Of a stretch of 61,115 nt of DNA, positions 37,750 through 51,500 are shown piece after piece. Position numbers and translations under genes: made by a program. The DNA comes from Raillietiella orientalis. Lineage: Eukaryota. Each line of letters opens with the position of its first letter. Position 1 is the stretch's first letter. The notes below the pieces were generated by a model. The model was not told where the DNA came from. It saw only the letters and a program-made list of their open reading frames with translations, and did no database searches. The stretch spans positions 1-61,115 of the forward strand of contig JAYWIR010000152.1 in assembly GCA_036172245.1 (NCBI GenBank), in the 5' to 3' direction.

Positions 37750-40700
37750 GCCTTTCAAATTCCGACTTTCGTTACCATGAAAACAACACAGAATGCAAAG
37801 TGCCACGCCCTAATGAAATGTCGGACTCTTCTTAATGATCCTCTGAAACCAGGAAATTGAGGCCCTTCGGCTCTCCATGACGGGAATTTGCCACTCACTG
37901 CAAATGGATGCTTCGTGAAGAGGCGCAAATGTGCAATGGTGAAATCTTCTGACTTGGAGTTCATTACTAAACCTGAAAAGTGGCACATTTGGACCAAATA
38001 ATGAATCAGAGCGAAGGAGAAGATTGCCTTTCAAATTCCGACATTGGTTACCATGAAAACAACACAGAATGCAAAGTGCCACGCCCTAATGAAATGTCGG
38101 ACTCTTCTTAATGATCCTCTGAATCCAGGAAATAGGGAGGCTCAGCGGCTCTCCATGACGGGAATGTGCCACTCACTGCAAATGGATGCTTCGTGAAGAG
38201 ACGCAAAAGTGCAATGGTGAAATCTTCTGAATTCGAGTTCATTTCAAAACCTGAAAAGTGGCAAATTTGGACCAAATAATGAATCAGAGCGAAGAAGATT
38301 GCCTTTCAAATTCCGACTTTCGTTACCATGAAAACAAGACAGAATGCAAAGTGCGACGCCCTAATGAAATGTCGGACTCTTCTTAATGATCCTCTGAAAC
38401 CAGGAAATTGAGGCCCTTGGGCTCTCCATGACCGGAATTTGTCACTCACTGCAAATGGATGCTTCGTGAAGAGGCGCAAAAGTGCAATGGTGAAATCTTT
38501 TGAATTCGAGTTGATTACAAAAGCTGAAAAGTGGCAAATTTGGGCCAAACAATGAATCAGAGCGAAGCAGAAGATTGCCTTTCAAGTTCCGACATGGGTT
38601 ACCATGAAAACAACACAGAATGCAAAGTGCCACGCCCTAATGAATATCGGACTCTTCTTAATGATCCTCTGAAACCAGGAAATTGGGAGGCTCTTCGGCT
38701 CTCCATGACGGGAATTTGCCACTCACTGCAAATCGATGCTACGTGAAGAGGCGCAAAAGTGCAATGGTGAAATCTTCTGAATTCGATTTCATTTCAAAAT
38801 CTGAAAAGTGGCAAATTTTGACCAAATGATGAATAAGAGCGAAGGAGAAGATTGCCTTTCAAATTCCAACATTGGTTACCATGAAAACAACACAGAATGC
38901 AAAGTGCCACGCCCTAATGAAATGTCGGACTCTTCCTAATGATCCTCTGAAACCAGGAAATTTTGAGGCTCTTCGGCTCTCCATGACGGGAATTTGCCAC
39001 TCACTGCAAATCGATGCTACGTGAAGAGGTGCAAAAGTGCAATGGTGAAATCTTCTGACTTCGAGTTGATTACAAAAGCTGAAAAGTGGCAAATTTCCAC
39101 CAAATAATGAATAAGAGTGAAGGAGAAGATTGCCTTTCAAATTCCGACTTTCGTTACCATGAAAACAACACAGAATGCAAAGTGCCACGCCCTAATGAAA
39201 TGTAGGACTCTTGTTAATCATCCCCTGAAACCAGGAAATTGGGAGGCTCTTCGGCTCTCCATGACGGGAATTTTGCCACTCACTGCAAATCGATGCTACG
39301 TGAAGAGGCGCAAAAGTGCAATGGGGAAATCTTCTGAATTCGATTTCATTTCAAAATCTGAAAAGTGGCAAATTTCCACCAAATAATGAATAAGAGTGAA
39401 GGAGAAGATTGCCTTTCAAATTCCGACTTTCGTTACCATGAAAACAACACAGAATGCAAAGTGCCACGCCCTAATGAAATGTCGGACTCTTCTTAATGAT
39501 CCTCTGAAACCAGGAAATTGAGGCCCTTCGGCTCTCCATGACGGGAATTTGCCACTCACTGCAAATGAATGCTTCGTGAAGAGGCGCAAAAGTGCAATGG
39601 TGAAATCTTCTGACTTGGAGTTCATTACTAAACCTGAAAAGTGGCACATTTGGACCAAATAATGAATCAGAGCGAAGGAGAAGATTGCCTTTCAAATTCC
39701 GACATTGGTTACCATGAAAACAAGACAGAATGCAAAGTGCGACGCCCTAATGAAATGTCGGACTCTTCTTAATGATCCTCTGAATCCAGGAAATAGGGAG
39801 GCTCAGCGGCTCTCCATGACGGGAATGTGCCACTCACTCCAAATGGATGCTTCGTGAAGAGACGCAAAAGTGCAATGGTGAAATCTTCTGAATTCGAGTT
39901 CATTTCAAAACCTAAAAAGTGGCAAATTTGGACCAAATAATGAATCAGAGGGAAGAAGATTGCCTTTCAAATTCCGACTTTCGTTACCATGAAAACAAGA
40001 CAGAATGCAAAGTGCGACGCCCTAATGAAATGTCGGACTCTTCTTAATGATCCTCTGAAACCAGGAAATTGAGGCCCTTGGGCTCTCCATGACCGGAATT
40101 TGTCACTCACTGCAAATGGATGCTTCGTGAAGAGGCGCAAAAGTGCAATGGTGAAATCTTTTGACTTCGAGTTGATTACAAAAGCTGAAAAGTGCAAATT
40201 CGGGCCAAATAATGAATCAGAGCGAAGAAGATTGCCTTTCAAATTCCGACATGGGTTACCATGAAAACAACACAGAATGCAAAGTGCCACGCCCTAATGA
40301 ATATCGGACTCTTCTTAATGATCCTCTGAAACCAGGAAATTGGGAGGCTCTTCGGCTCTCCATGACGGGAATTTGCCACTCACTGCAAATCGATGCTACG
40401 TGAAGAGGCGCAAAAGTGCAATGGTGAAATCTTCTGAATTCGATTTCATTTCAAAATCTGAAAAGTGGCAAATTTTGACCAAATAATGAATAAGAGCGAA
40501 GGAGAAGATTGCCTTTCAAATTCCAACATTGGTTACCATGAAAACAACACAGAATGCAAAGTGCCACGCCCTAATGAAATGTCGGACTCTTCCTAATGAT
40601 CCTCTGAAACCAGGAAATTTTGAGGCTCTTCGGCTCTCCATGACGGGAATTTGCCACTCACTGCAAATCGATGCTTCGTGAAGAGGTGCAAAAGTGCAAT

Positions 40701-42500
40701 GGTGAAATCTTCTGACTTCGAGTTGATTACAAAAGCTGAAAAGTGGCAAATTTCCACCAAATAATGAATAAGAGTGAAGGAGAAGATTGCCTTTCAAATT
40801 CCGACTTTCGTTACCATGAAAACAACACAGAATGGAAAGTGCCACGCCCTAATGAAATGTAGGACTCTTGTTAATCATCCCCTGAAACCAGGAAATTGGG
40901 AGGCTCTTCGGCTCTCCATGACGGGAATTTTGCCACTCACTGCAAATCGATGCTACGTGAAGAGTCGCAAAAGTGCAATGGTGAAATCTTCTGAATTCGA
41001 TTTCATTTCAAAATCTGAAAAGTGGCAAATTTCCACCAAATAATGAATAAGAGTGAAGGAGAAGATTGCCTTTAAAATTCCGACTTTCGTTACCATGAAA
41101 ACAACACAGAATGCAAATTGCCACGCCCTAATGAAATGTCGGACTCTTCTTAATGATCCTCTGAAACCAGTAAATTGAGGCCCTTCGGCTCTCCATGACG
41201 GGAATTTGCCACTCACTGCAAATGGATGCTTCGTGAAGAGGCGCAAAAGTGCAATGGTGAAATCTTCTGACTTGGAGTTCATTACTAAACCTGAAAAGTG
41301 GCACATTTGGACCAAATAATGAATCAGAGCGAAGGAGAAGATTGCCTTTCAAATTCCGACATTCGTTACCATGAAAACAAGACAGAATGCAAAGTGCGAC
41401 GCCCTAATGAAATGTCGGACTCTTCTTAATGATCCTCTGAATCCAGGAAATAGGGAGGCTCAGCGGCTCTCCATGACGGGAATGTGCCACTCACTCCAAA
41501 TGGATGCTTCGTGAAGAGACGCAAAAGTGCAATGGTGAAATCTTCTGAATTCGAGTTCATTTCAAAACCTAAAAAGTGGCAAATTTGGTCCAAATAATGA
41601 ATCAGAGGGAAGAAGATTGCCTTTCAAATTCCGACTTTCGTTACCATGAAAACAAGACAGAATGCAAAGTGCGACGCCCTAATGAAATGTCGGACTCTTC
41701 TTAATGATCCTCTGAAACCAGGAAATTGAGGCCCTTGGGCTCTCCATGACCGGAATTTGTCACTCACTGCAAATGGATGCTTCGTGAAGAGGCGCAAAAG
41801 TGCAATGGTGAAATCTTTTGACTTCGAGTTGATTACAAAAGCTGAAAAGTGCAAATTCGGGCCAAATAATGAATCAGAGCGAAGCAGAAGATTGCCTTTC
41901 AAGTTCCGATATGGGTTACCATGAAAACAACACAGAATGCAAAGTGCCACGCCCTAATGAATATCGGATTCTTCTTAATGATCCTCTGAAACCAGGAAAT
42001 TGGGAGGCTCTTCGGCTCTCCATGACGGGAATTTGCCACTCACTGCAAATCGATGCTACGTGAAGAGGCGCAAAAGTGCAATGGTGAAATCTTCTGAATT
42101 CGATTTCATTTCAAAATCTGAAAAGTGGCAAATTTTGACCAAATAATGAATAAGAGCGAAGGAGAAGATTGCCTTTCAAATTCCAACATTGGTTACCATG
42201 AAAACAACACAGAATGCAAAGTGCCACGCCCTAATGAAATGTCGGACTCTTCCTACTTATCCTCTGAAACCAGGAAATTTTGAGGCTCTTCGGCTCTCCA
42301 TGACGGGAATTTGCCACTCACTGCAAATCGATGCTACGTGAAGAGGTGCAAAAGTGCAATGGTGGAATCTTCTGACTTCGAGTTCATTACAAAAGCTGAA
42401 AAGTGGCAAATTTTGACCAAATAATGAATAAGAGCGAAGGAGAAGATTGCCTTTCAAATTCCAACATTGGTTACCATGAAAACAACACAGAATGCAAAGT
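37750..42500. repeat. ~1657-1661 bp (6-monomer) higher-order repeat, about 3 units
   Basis: TTTTGAGGCT at 38961/40618/42278; TGTAGGACT at 39201/40858; ORF-track series 38306/39967/41624. Confidence 0.8.
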
Positions 42501-45500
42501 GCCACGCCCTAATGAAATGTCGGACTCTTGTTAATCATCCCCTGAAACCAGGAAATTGGGAGGCTCTTCGGCTCTCCATGACGGGAATTTTGCCACTCAC
42601 TGCGAATGAATGCTTCGTGAAGAGGCGCAAAAGTGCAATGGTGAAATCTTTTGACTTCGAGTTGATTACAAAACCTGAAAAGTGGCAAATTTAGGCCAAA
42701 TAATGAATAAGAGCGAAGGAGAAGAATGCCTTTCAAATTCCGACTTTCGTTACCATGAAAACAAGACAGAATGCAAAGTGCCACGCCCTAATAAATGTCG
42801 CACTCTTCATAATGATCCCCTGAAACCAGGTAATTGGGAGGCTCTTCGGCTCTCCATGACGGGAATTTGCCACTCACTGCAAATCGATGCTACGTGAAGA
42901 GGTGCAAAAGTGCAATGGTGAAATCTTCTGACTTCGAGTTGATTACAAAAGCTGAAAAGTGGCAAATTTCCACCAAATAATGAATAAGAGTGAAGGAGAA
43001 GATTGCCTTTCAAATTCCGACTTTCGTTACCATGAAAACAACACAGAATGCAAAGTGCCACGCCCTAATGAAATGTCGGACTCTTCTTAATGATCCTCTG
43101 AAACCAGGAAATTGAGGCCCTTCGGCTCTCCATGACGGGTATTTGCCACCCACTGCAAATGGATGCTTCGTGAAGAGGCGCAAAAGTGCAATGGTGAAAT
43201 CTTTTGACTTCGAGTTGATTACAAAAGCTGAAAAGTGGCAAATTTGGGCCAAGTAATGAATCAGAGCGAAGCAGAAGATTGCCTTTCAAGTTCCGACATT
43301 GGTTACCATGAAAACAACACAGAATGCAAAGTGCCACGCCCTAATGAAATGTCGGACTCTTCTTAATGATCCTCTGAATCCAGGAAATAGGGAGGCTCAG
43401 CGGCTCTCCATGACGGGAATGTGCCACTCACTCCAAATGGATGCTTCGTGAAGAGACGCAAAAGTGCAATGGTGAAATCTTCTGAATTCGAGTTCATTTC
43501 AAAACCTGAAAAGTGGCAAATTTGGACCAAATAATGAATAAGAGGGAAAATAAGATTGCCTTTCAAATTCCAACATTGGTTACCATGAAAACAACACAGA
43601 ATGCAAAGTGCCACGCCCTAATAAAATGTCGGACTCTTCCTAATGATCCTCTGAAACCAGGAAATTGGGAGCCTCTTCGGCTCTCCATAACGGGAATTTG
43701 CCACTCACTGCAAATCGATGCTACGTGAAGAGGTGCAAAAGTGCAATGGTGAAATCTTCTGAATTCGAGTTGATTACAAAAGCTGAAAAGTAGCAAATTT
43801 CCACCAAATAATGAATAAGAGTGAAGGAGAAGATTGCCTTTCAAATTCCGACTTTCGTTACCATGAAAACAACACAGAATGCAAAGTACCACGCCCTAAT
43901 GAAATGTCGGACTCTTCTTAATGATCCTCTGAAACCAGGAAATTGAGGCCCTTCGGCTCTCCATGACGGGAATTTGCCACTCACTGCAAATGGATGCTTC
44001 GTGAAGAGGCGCAAATGTACAATGGTGAAATCTTCTGAATTGAAGTTCATTACTAAACCTGAAAAGTGGCACATTTGGACCAAATAATGAATCAGAGCGA
44101 AGGAGAAGATTGCCTTTAAAATTCCGACATTGGTTACCATGAAAACAACACAGAATGCAAAGTGCCACGCCCTAATGAAATGTCGGACTCTTCTTAATGA
44201 TCCTCTGAATCCAGGAAATAGGGAGGCTCAGCGGCTCTCCATGACGGGAATGTGCCACTCACTCCAAATGGATGCTTCGTGAAGAGACGCAAAAGTGCAA
44301 TGGTGAAATCTTCTGAATTCGAGTTCATTTCAAAACCTGAAAAGTGGCAAATTTGGACCAAATAATGAATCAGAGCGAAGAAGATTGCCTTTCAAATTCC
44401 GACATTGGTTACCATAAAAACAACACAGAATGCAAAGTGCTACGCCCTAATGAAATGTCGGACTCTTCTTAATGATCCTCTGAAACCAGGAAATTGGGAG
44501 GCTCTTCGGCTCTCCATGACGGGAATTTGCCACTCACTGCAAATCGATGCTACGTGAAGAGGTGCAAAAGTGCAATGGTGAAATCTTCTGACTTCGAGTT
44601 GATTACAAAAGCTGAAAAGTGGCAAATTTCCACCAAATAATGAATAAGAGTGAAGGAGAAGATTGCCTTTCAAATTCCGACTTTCGTTACCATGAAAACA
44701 ACACAGAATGCAAAGTGCCACGCCCTAATGAAATGTCGGACTCTTCTTAATGATTTTCTGAAACCACGAAATTGAGGCCCTTCGGCTCTCCATGACGGGA
44801 ATTTCCCACTCAATGCAAATGGATGCTTCGTGAAGAGGCGCAAATGTACAATGGTGAAATCTTCTGACTTGGAGTTCATTACTAAACCTGAAAAGTGGCA
44901 CATTTGGACCAAATAATGAATCAGAGCGAAGGAGAAGATTGCCTTTCAAATTCCGACATTGGTTACCATGAAAACAACACAGAATGCAAAGTGCCACGCC
45001 CTAATGAATAGCGGACTCTTCTTAATGATCCTCTGAAACCAAGAAATTGGGAGGCTCTTCGGCTCTCCATGACAAGAATTTGCCACTCACTGCAAATCGA
45101 TGCTACGTAAAGTGGTGCAAAAGTGCAATGGTGAACTCTTCTGACTTCGAGTTGATTATAAAAGCTGAAAAGTAACAAATTTCCACCAAATAATGAATAA
45201 GAGTGAAGGAGAAGATTGCCTTTCAAATTCCATCTTTCTTTACCATGAAAACAACACAGAATGCAAAGTGCCACGCCCTAATATATGTCGGACTCTTCAT
45301 AATGATCCCCTGAAACCAGGAAATTGGGAGGCTCTTCGGCTCTCCATAACGGGAATTTTGCCACTCACTGCAAATGGATGCTTCGTGAAGAGGCGCAAAT
45401 GTACAATGGTGAAATCTTCTGACTTGGAGTTCATTACTAAACCTGAAAAGTGGCACATTTGGACCAAATAATGAATCAGAGCGAAGGAGAAGATTGCCTT

Positions 45501-48500
45501 TCAAATTCCGACATTGGTTACCATGAAAACAACACAGAATGCAAAGTGCCACGCCCTAATGAAGTGTTGGACTCTTCTTAATGATCCTCTGAATCCAGGA
45601 AATAGGGAGGGTCAGCGGCTCTCCATGACGGGAATGTGCCACTCACTCCAAATGGATGCTTCGTGAAGAGACGCAAAAGTGCAATGGTGAAATCTTCTGA
45701 ATTCGAGTTCATTTCAAAACCTGAAAAGTGGCAAATTTGGACCAAATAATGAATCAGAGCGAAGAAGATTGCCTTTCAAATTCCGACATTGGTTACCATA
45801 AAAACAACACAGAATGCAAAGTGCTACGCCCTAATGAAATGTCGGACTCTTCTTAATGATCCTCTGAAACCAGCAAATTGGGAGGCTCTTCGGCTCTCCA
45901 TAACAAGAATTTGCCACTCAATGCAAATCGATGCTACGTGAAGAGGCGCAAAAGTGAAATGGTGAAATATTCTGAATTCGAGTTCTTTTCAAAACCTGAA
46001 AAGTCGCAAATTTCGACCAAATAATGAATAAGAGCGAAAAAGAAGATTGCCTTTCAAATTCCAACATTGGTTACCATGAAAACAACACAGAATGCAAAGT
46101 GCCACGCCCTAATGAAATGTCGGACTCTTCCTAATGATCCTCTGAAACCAGGAAATTGGGAGGCTCTTCGGCTCTCCATGACGGGAATTTGCCACTCACT
46201 GCAAATTGATGCTACGTTAAGAGGTGCAAAAGTGCAATGGTGAAATCTTCTGACTTCGAGTTGATTACAAAAGCTGAAAAGTGGCAAATTTCCACCAAAT
46301 AATGAATAAGAGTGAAGGAGAAGATTGCCTTTCAAATTCCGACTTTCGTTACCATGAAAACAACACAGAATGCAAAGTGCCACGCCCTAATGAAATGTCG
46401 GACTCTTCTTAATGATTTTCTGAAACCACGAAATTGAGGCCCTTCGGCTCTCCATGACGGGAATTTGCCACTCACTGCAAATGGATGCTTCGTGAAGAGG
46501 CGCAAATGTACAATGGTGAAATCTTCTGACTTGGAGTTCATTACTAAACCTGAAAAGTGGCACATTTCGACCAAATAATGAATCAGAGCGAAGGAGAAGA
46601 TTGCCTTTCAAATTCCGACATTGGTTACCATGAAAACAACACAGAATGCAAAGTGCCACGCCCTAATGAATATCGGACTCTTCTTAATGATCCTCTGAAA
46701 CCAGGAAATTGGGAGGCTCTTCGGCTATCCATGACGGGAATTTGCCACTCACTGCAAATCGATGCTACGTGAAGAGGCGAAAAAGTGCAATGGTGAAATC
46801 TTCTGAATTCGATTTCATTTCAAAACCTGAAAAGTGGCAAATTTTGACCAAATAATGAATAAGAGCGAAGGACAAGATTGACTTTCACATTCCAGCATTG
46901 GTTACCATGAAAACAACACAGAATGCAAAGTGCGACGCCCTAATGAAATGTCGGACTCTTCCTAATGATCCTCTGAAACCAAGAAATTGGGAGGCTCTTC
47001 GGCTCTCCATGACAAGAATTTGCCACTCACTGCAAATCGATGCTACGTGAAGTGGTGCAAAAGTGCAATGGTGAACTCTTCTGACTTCGAGTTGATTATA
47101 AAAGCTGAAAAGTAACAAATTTCCACCAAATAATGAATAAGAGTGAAGGAGAAGATTGCCTTTCAAATTCCATCTTTCTTTACCATGAAAACAACACAGA
47201 ATGCAAAGTGCCACGCCCTAATATATGTCGGACTCTTCATAATGATCCCCTGAAACCAGGAAATTGGGAGGCTCTTCGGCTCTCCATAACGGGAATTTTG
47301 CCACTCACTGCAAATGGATGCTTCGTGAAGAGGCGCAAATGTACAATGGTGAAATTTTCTGACTTGGAGTTCATTACTAAACCTGAAAAGTGGCACATTT
47401 GGACCAAATAATGAATCAGAGCGAAGGAGAAGATTGCCTTTCAAATTCCGACTTTCGTTACCATGAAAACAACACAGAATGCAAAGTGCCACGCCCTAAT
47501 GAATATTGGACTCTTCTTAATGATCCTCTGAAACCAGGAAATTAGGAGGCTCTTCGGCTGTCCATGACGGGAATTTGCCACTCACTGAAAATCGATGCTA
47601 CGTGAAGAGGCGCAAAAGTGCAATGGTGAAATCTTCTGAATTCGATTTCATTTCAAAACCTGAAAAGTGGCAAATTTTGACCAAATAATGAATAAGAGCG
47701 AAGGAGAAGATTGCCTTTCACATTCCAACATTGGTTACCATGAAAACAACACAGAATGCAAAGTGCCACGCCCTAATGAAATGTCGGACTCTTCCTAATG
47801 ATCCTCTGAAACCAAGAAATTGGGAGGCTCTTCGGCTCTCCATGACAAGAATTTGCCACTCACTGCAAATGGATGCTTCGTGAAGAGGCGCAAAAGTGCA
47901 ATGGTGAAATCTTTTGACTTCGAGTTGATTACAAAAGCTGAAAAGTGGCAAATTTAGGCCAAATCATGAATAAGAGCGAAGGAGAAGAATGCCTTTCAAA
48001 TTCCGACTTTCGTTACCATGAAAACAAGACAGAATGCAAAGTGCGACGCCCTAATGAAATGTCGGACTCTTCTTAATGATCCTCTGAAACCAGGAAATTG
48101 AGGCCCTTGGGCTCTCCATGACCGGAATTTGTCACTCACTGCAAATGGATGCTTCGTGAAGAGGCGCAAAAGTGCAATGGTGAAATCTTCTGACTTCGAG
48201 TTGATTACAAAAGCTGAAAAGTGTCAAATTGGGGCCAAATAATGAATCAGAGCGATGGAGAAGATTGCCTTTCACGTTCCAACATTGGTTACCATGAAAA
48301 CAACACAGAATGCAAAGTGCCACGCCCTAATGAAATGTCGGACTCTTCCTAATGATCCTCTGAAACCAAGAAATTGGGAGGCTCTTCGGCTCTCCATGAC
48401 AACAATTTGCCACTCACTGCAAATCGATGCTACGTGAAGAGGTGCAAAAGTGCAATGGTGAACTCTTCTGACTTCGAGTTGATTATAAAAGCTGAAAAGT

Positions 48501-51500
48501 GGCAAATTTCCACCAAATAATGAATCAGAGCGAAGGAGAAGATTGCCTTTCAAATTCCGACATTGGTTACCATGAAAACAACACAGAATGCAAAGTGCCA
48601 CGCCCCAATGAAATGTCGAACTCTTCTTAATGATGCTCTGAATCCAGGAAATAGGGAGGCTCAACGGCTCTCCATGACGGGAATGTGCCACTCACTCCAA
48701 ATGGATGCTTCGTGAAGAGACGCAAAAGTGCAATGGTGAAATCTTCTGAATTCGAGTTCATTTCAAAACCTGAAAAGTGGCAAATTTGGACCAAATAATG
48801 AATCAGAGCGAAGAAGATTGCCTTTCAAATTCCGACATTGGTTACCATAAAAACAACACAGAATGCAAAGTGCTACGCCCTAATGAAATGTCGGACTCTT
48901 CTTAATGATCCTCTGGAACCAGGAAATTGGGAGGCTCTTCGGGTCTCCATGACAAGAATTTGCCACTCACTGCAAATCGATGCTACGTGAAGACGCGCAA
49001 AAGTGCAATGGTGAAATCTTCTGAATTCGAGTTCATTTCAAAACCTGAAAAGTCGCAAATTTCGACCAAATAATGAATAAGAGCGAAAAAGAAGATTGCC
49101 TTTCAAATTCCAACATTGGTTACCATGAAAACAACACAGAATGCAAAGTGCCACGCCCTAATGAAATGTCGGACTCCTCCTAATGATCCTCTGAAACCAG
49201 GAAATTGGGAGGCTCTTCGGCTCTCCATGACAAGAATTTGCCACTCACTGCAAATCGATGCTACGTGAAGAGTCGCAAAAGTGCAATGGTGAAATCTTCT
49301 GAATTCGAGTTCATTACTAAACCTGAAAAGTGGCACATTTGGACCAAATAATGAATAAGAGCGAAAAAGAAGATTGCCTTTCAAATTCCGACATTGGTTA
49401 CCATAAAAACAACACAGAATGCAAAGTGCTACGCCCTAATGAAATGTCGGACTCTTCTTAATGATCCTCTGAATCCAGGAAATAGGGAGGCTCAGCGGCT
49501 CTCCATGACGGGAATGTGCCACTCACTCCAAATGGATGCTTCGTGAAGAGACGCAAAAGTGCAATGGTGAAATCTTCTGAATTCGAGTTCATTTCAAAAC
49601 CTGAAAAGTCGCAAATTTCGACCAAATAATGAATAAGAGCCAAAAAGAAGATTGCCTTTCAAATTCCAACATTGGTTACCATAAAAACAACACAGAATGG
49701 AAAGTGCCACGCCCTAATGAAATGTCGGACTTTTCCTAATGATCCTCTGAAACCAGGAAATTGGGAGGCTCTTCGGCTCTCCATGACGGGAATTTGCCAC
49801 TCACTGCAAATCGATGCTACGTGCAGAGGTGCAAAAGTGCAATGGTGAAATCTTTTGACTTCGAGTTGATTACAAAAGCTGAAAAGTGGCAAATTTCGAC
49901 CAAATAATGAATAAGAGCGAAGGAGAAGATTGCCTTTCAAATTCCGACTTTCGTTAGCATGAAAACAACACAGAATGGAAAGTGCCACGCCCTAATGAAA
50001 TGTCGGACTCTTGTTAATGATCCCCTGAAACCAGGAAATTGGGAGGCTCTTCGGCTCTCCATGACGGGAATTTTGCCACTCACTGCAAATGAATGCTTCG
50101 TGAAGAGGCGCAAAAGTGCAATGGTGAAATCTTTTGACTTCGAGTTGATTACAAAAGCTGAAAAGTGGCAAATTTAGGCCAAATAATGAATAAGAGCGAA
50201 GGAGAAGAATGCCTTTCAAATTCCGACTTTCGTTACCATGAAAACAAGACAGAATGCAAAGTGCGACGCCCTAATGAAATGTCGGACTCTTCTTAATGAT
50301 CCTCTGAAACCAGGAAATTGAGGCCCTTGGGCTCTCCATGACCGGAATTTGTCACTCACTGCAAATGGATGCTTCGTGAAGAGGCGCAAAAGTGCAATGG
50401 TGAAATCTTCTGACTTCGAGTTGATTACAAAAGCTGAAAAGTGTCAAATTGGGGCCAAATAATGAATCAGAGCGAAGGAGAAGATTGCCTTTCACATTCC
50501 AACATTGGTTACCATGAAAACAACACAGAATGCAAAGTGCCACGCCCTAATGAAATGTCGGACTCTTCCTAATGATCCTCTGAAACCAAGAAATTGGGAG
50601 GCTCTTCGGCTCTCCATGACAACAATTTGCCACTCACTGCAAATCGATGCTACGTGAAGAGGTGCAAAAGTGCAATGGTGAACTCTTCTGACTTCGAGTT
50701 GATTATAAAAGCTGAAAAGTGGCAAATTTCCACCAAATAATGAATCAGAGCGAAGGAGAAGATTGCCTTTCAAATTCCGACATTGGTTACCATGAAAACA
50801 ACACAGAATGCAAAGTGCCACGCCCTAATGAAATGTCGAACTCTTCTTAATGATGCTCTGAATCCAGGAAATAGGGAGGCTCAACGGCTCTCCATGACGG
50901 GAATGTGCCACTCACTCCAAATGGATGCTTCGTGAAGAGACGCAAAAGTGCAATGGTGAAATCTTCTGAATTCGAGTTCATTTCAAAACCTGAAAAGTGG
51001 CAAATTTTGACCAAATAATGAATAAGAGCGAAGGAGAAGATTGCCTTTCACATTCCAACATTGGTTACCATGAAAACAACACAGAATGCAAAGTGCCACG
51101 CCCTAATGAAATGTCGGACTCTTCCTAATGATCCTCTGAAACCAAGAAATTGGGAGGCTCTTCGGCTCTCCATTACAACAATTTGCCACTCACTGCAAAT
51201 CGATGCTACGTGAAGAGGTGCAAAAGTGCAATGGTGAACTCTTCTGACTTCGAGTTGATTATAAAAGCTGAAAAGTGGCAAATTTCCACCAAATAATGAA
51301 TCAGAGCGAAGGAGAAGATTGCCTTTCAAATTCCGACATTGGTTACCATGAAAACAACACAGAATGCAAAGTGCCACGCCCTAATGAAATGTCGAACTCT
51401 TCTTAATGATGCTCTGAATCCAGGAAATTGGGAGGCTCTTCGGCTCTCCATGACAAGAATTTGCCACTCACTGCAAATCGATGCTACGTGAAGAGGCGCA

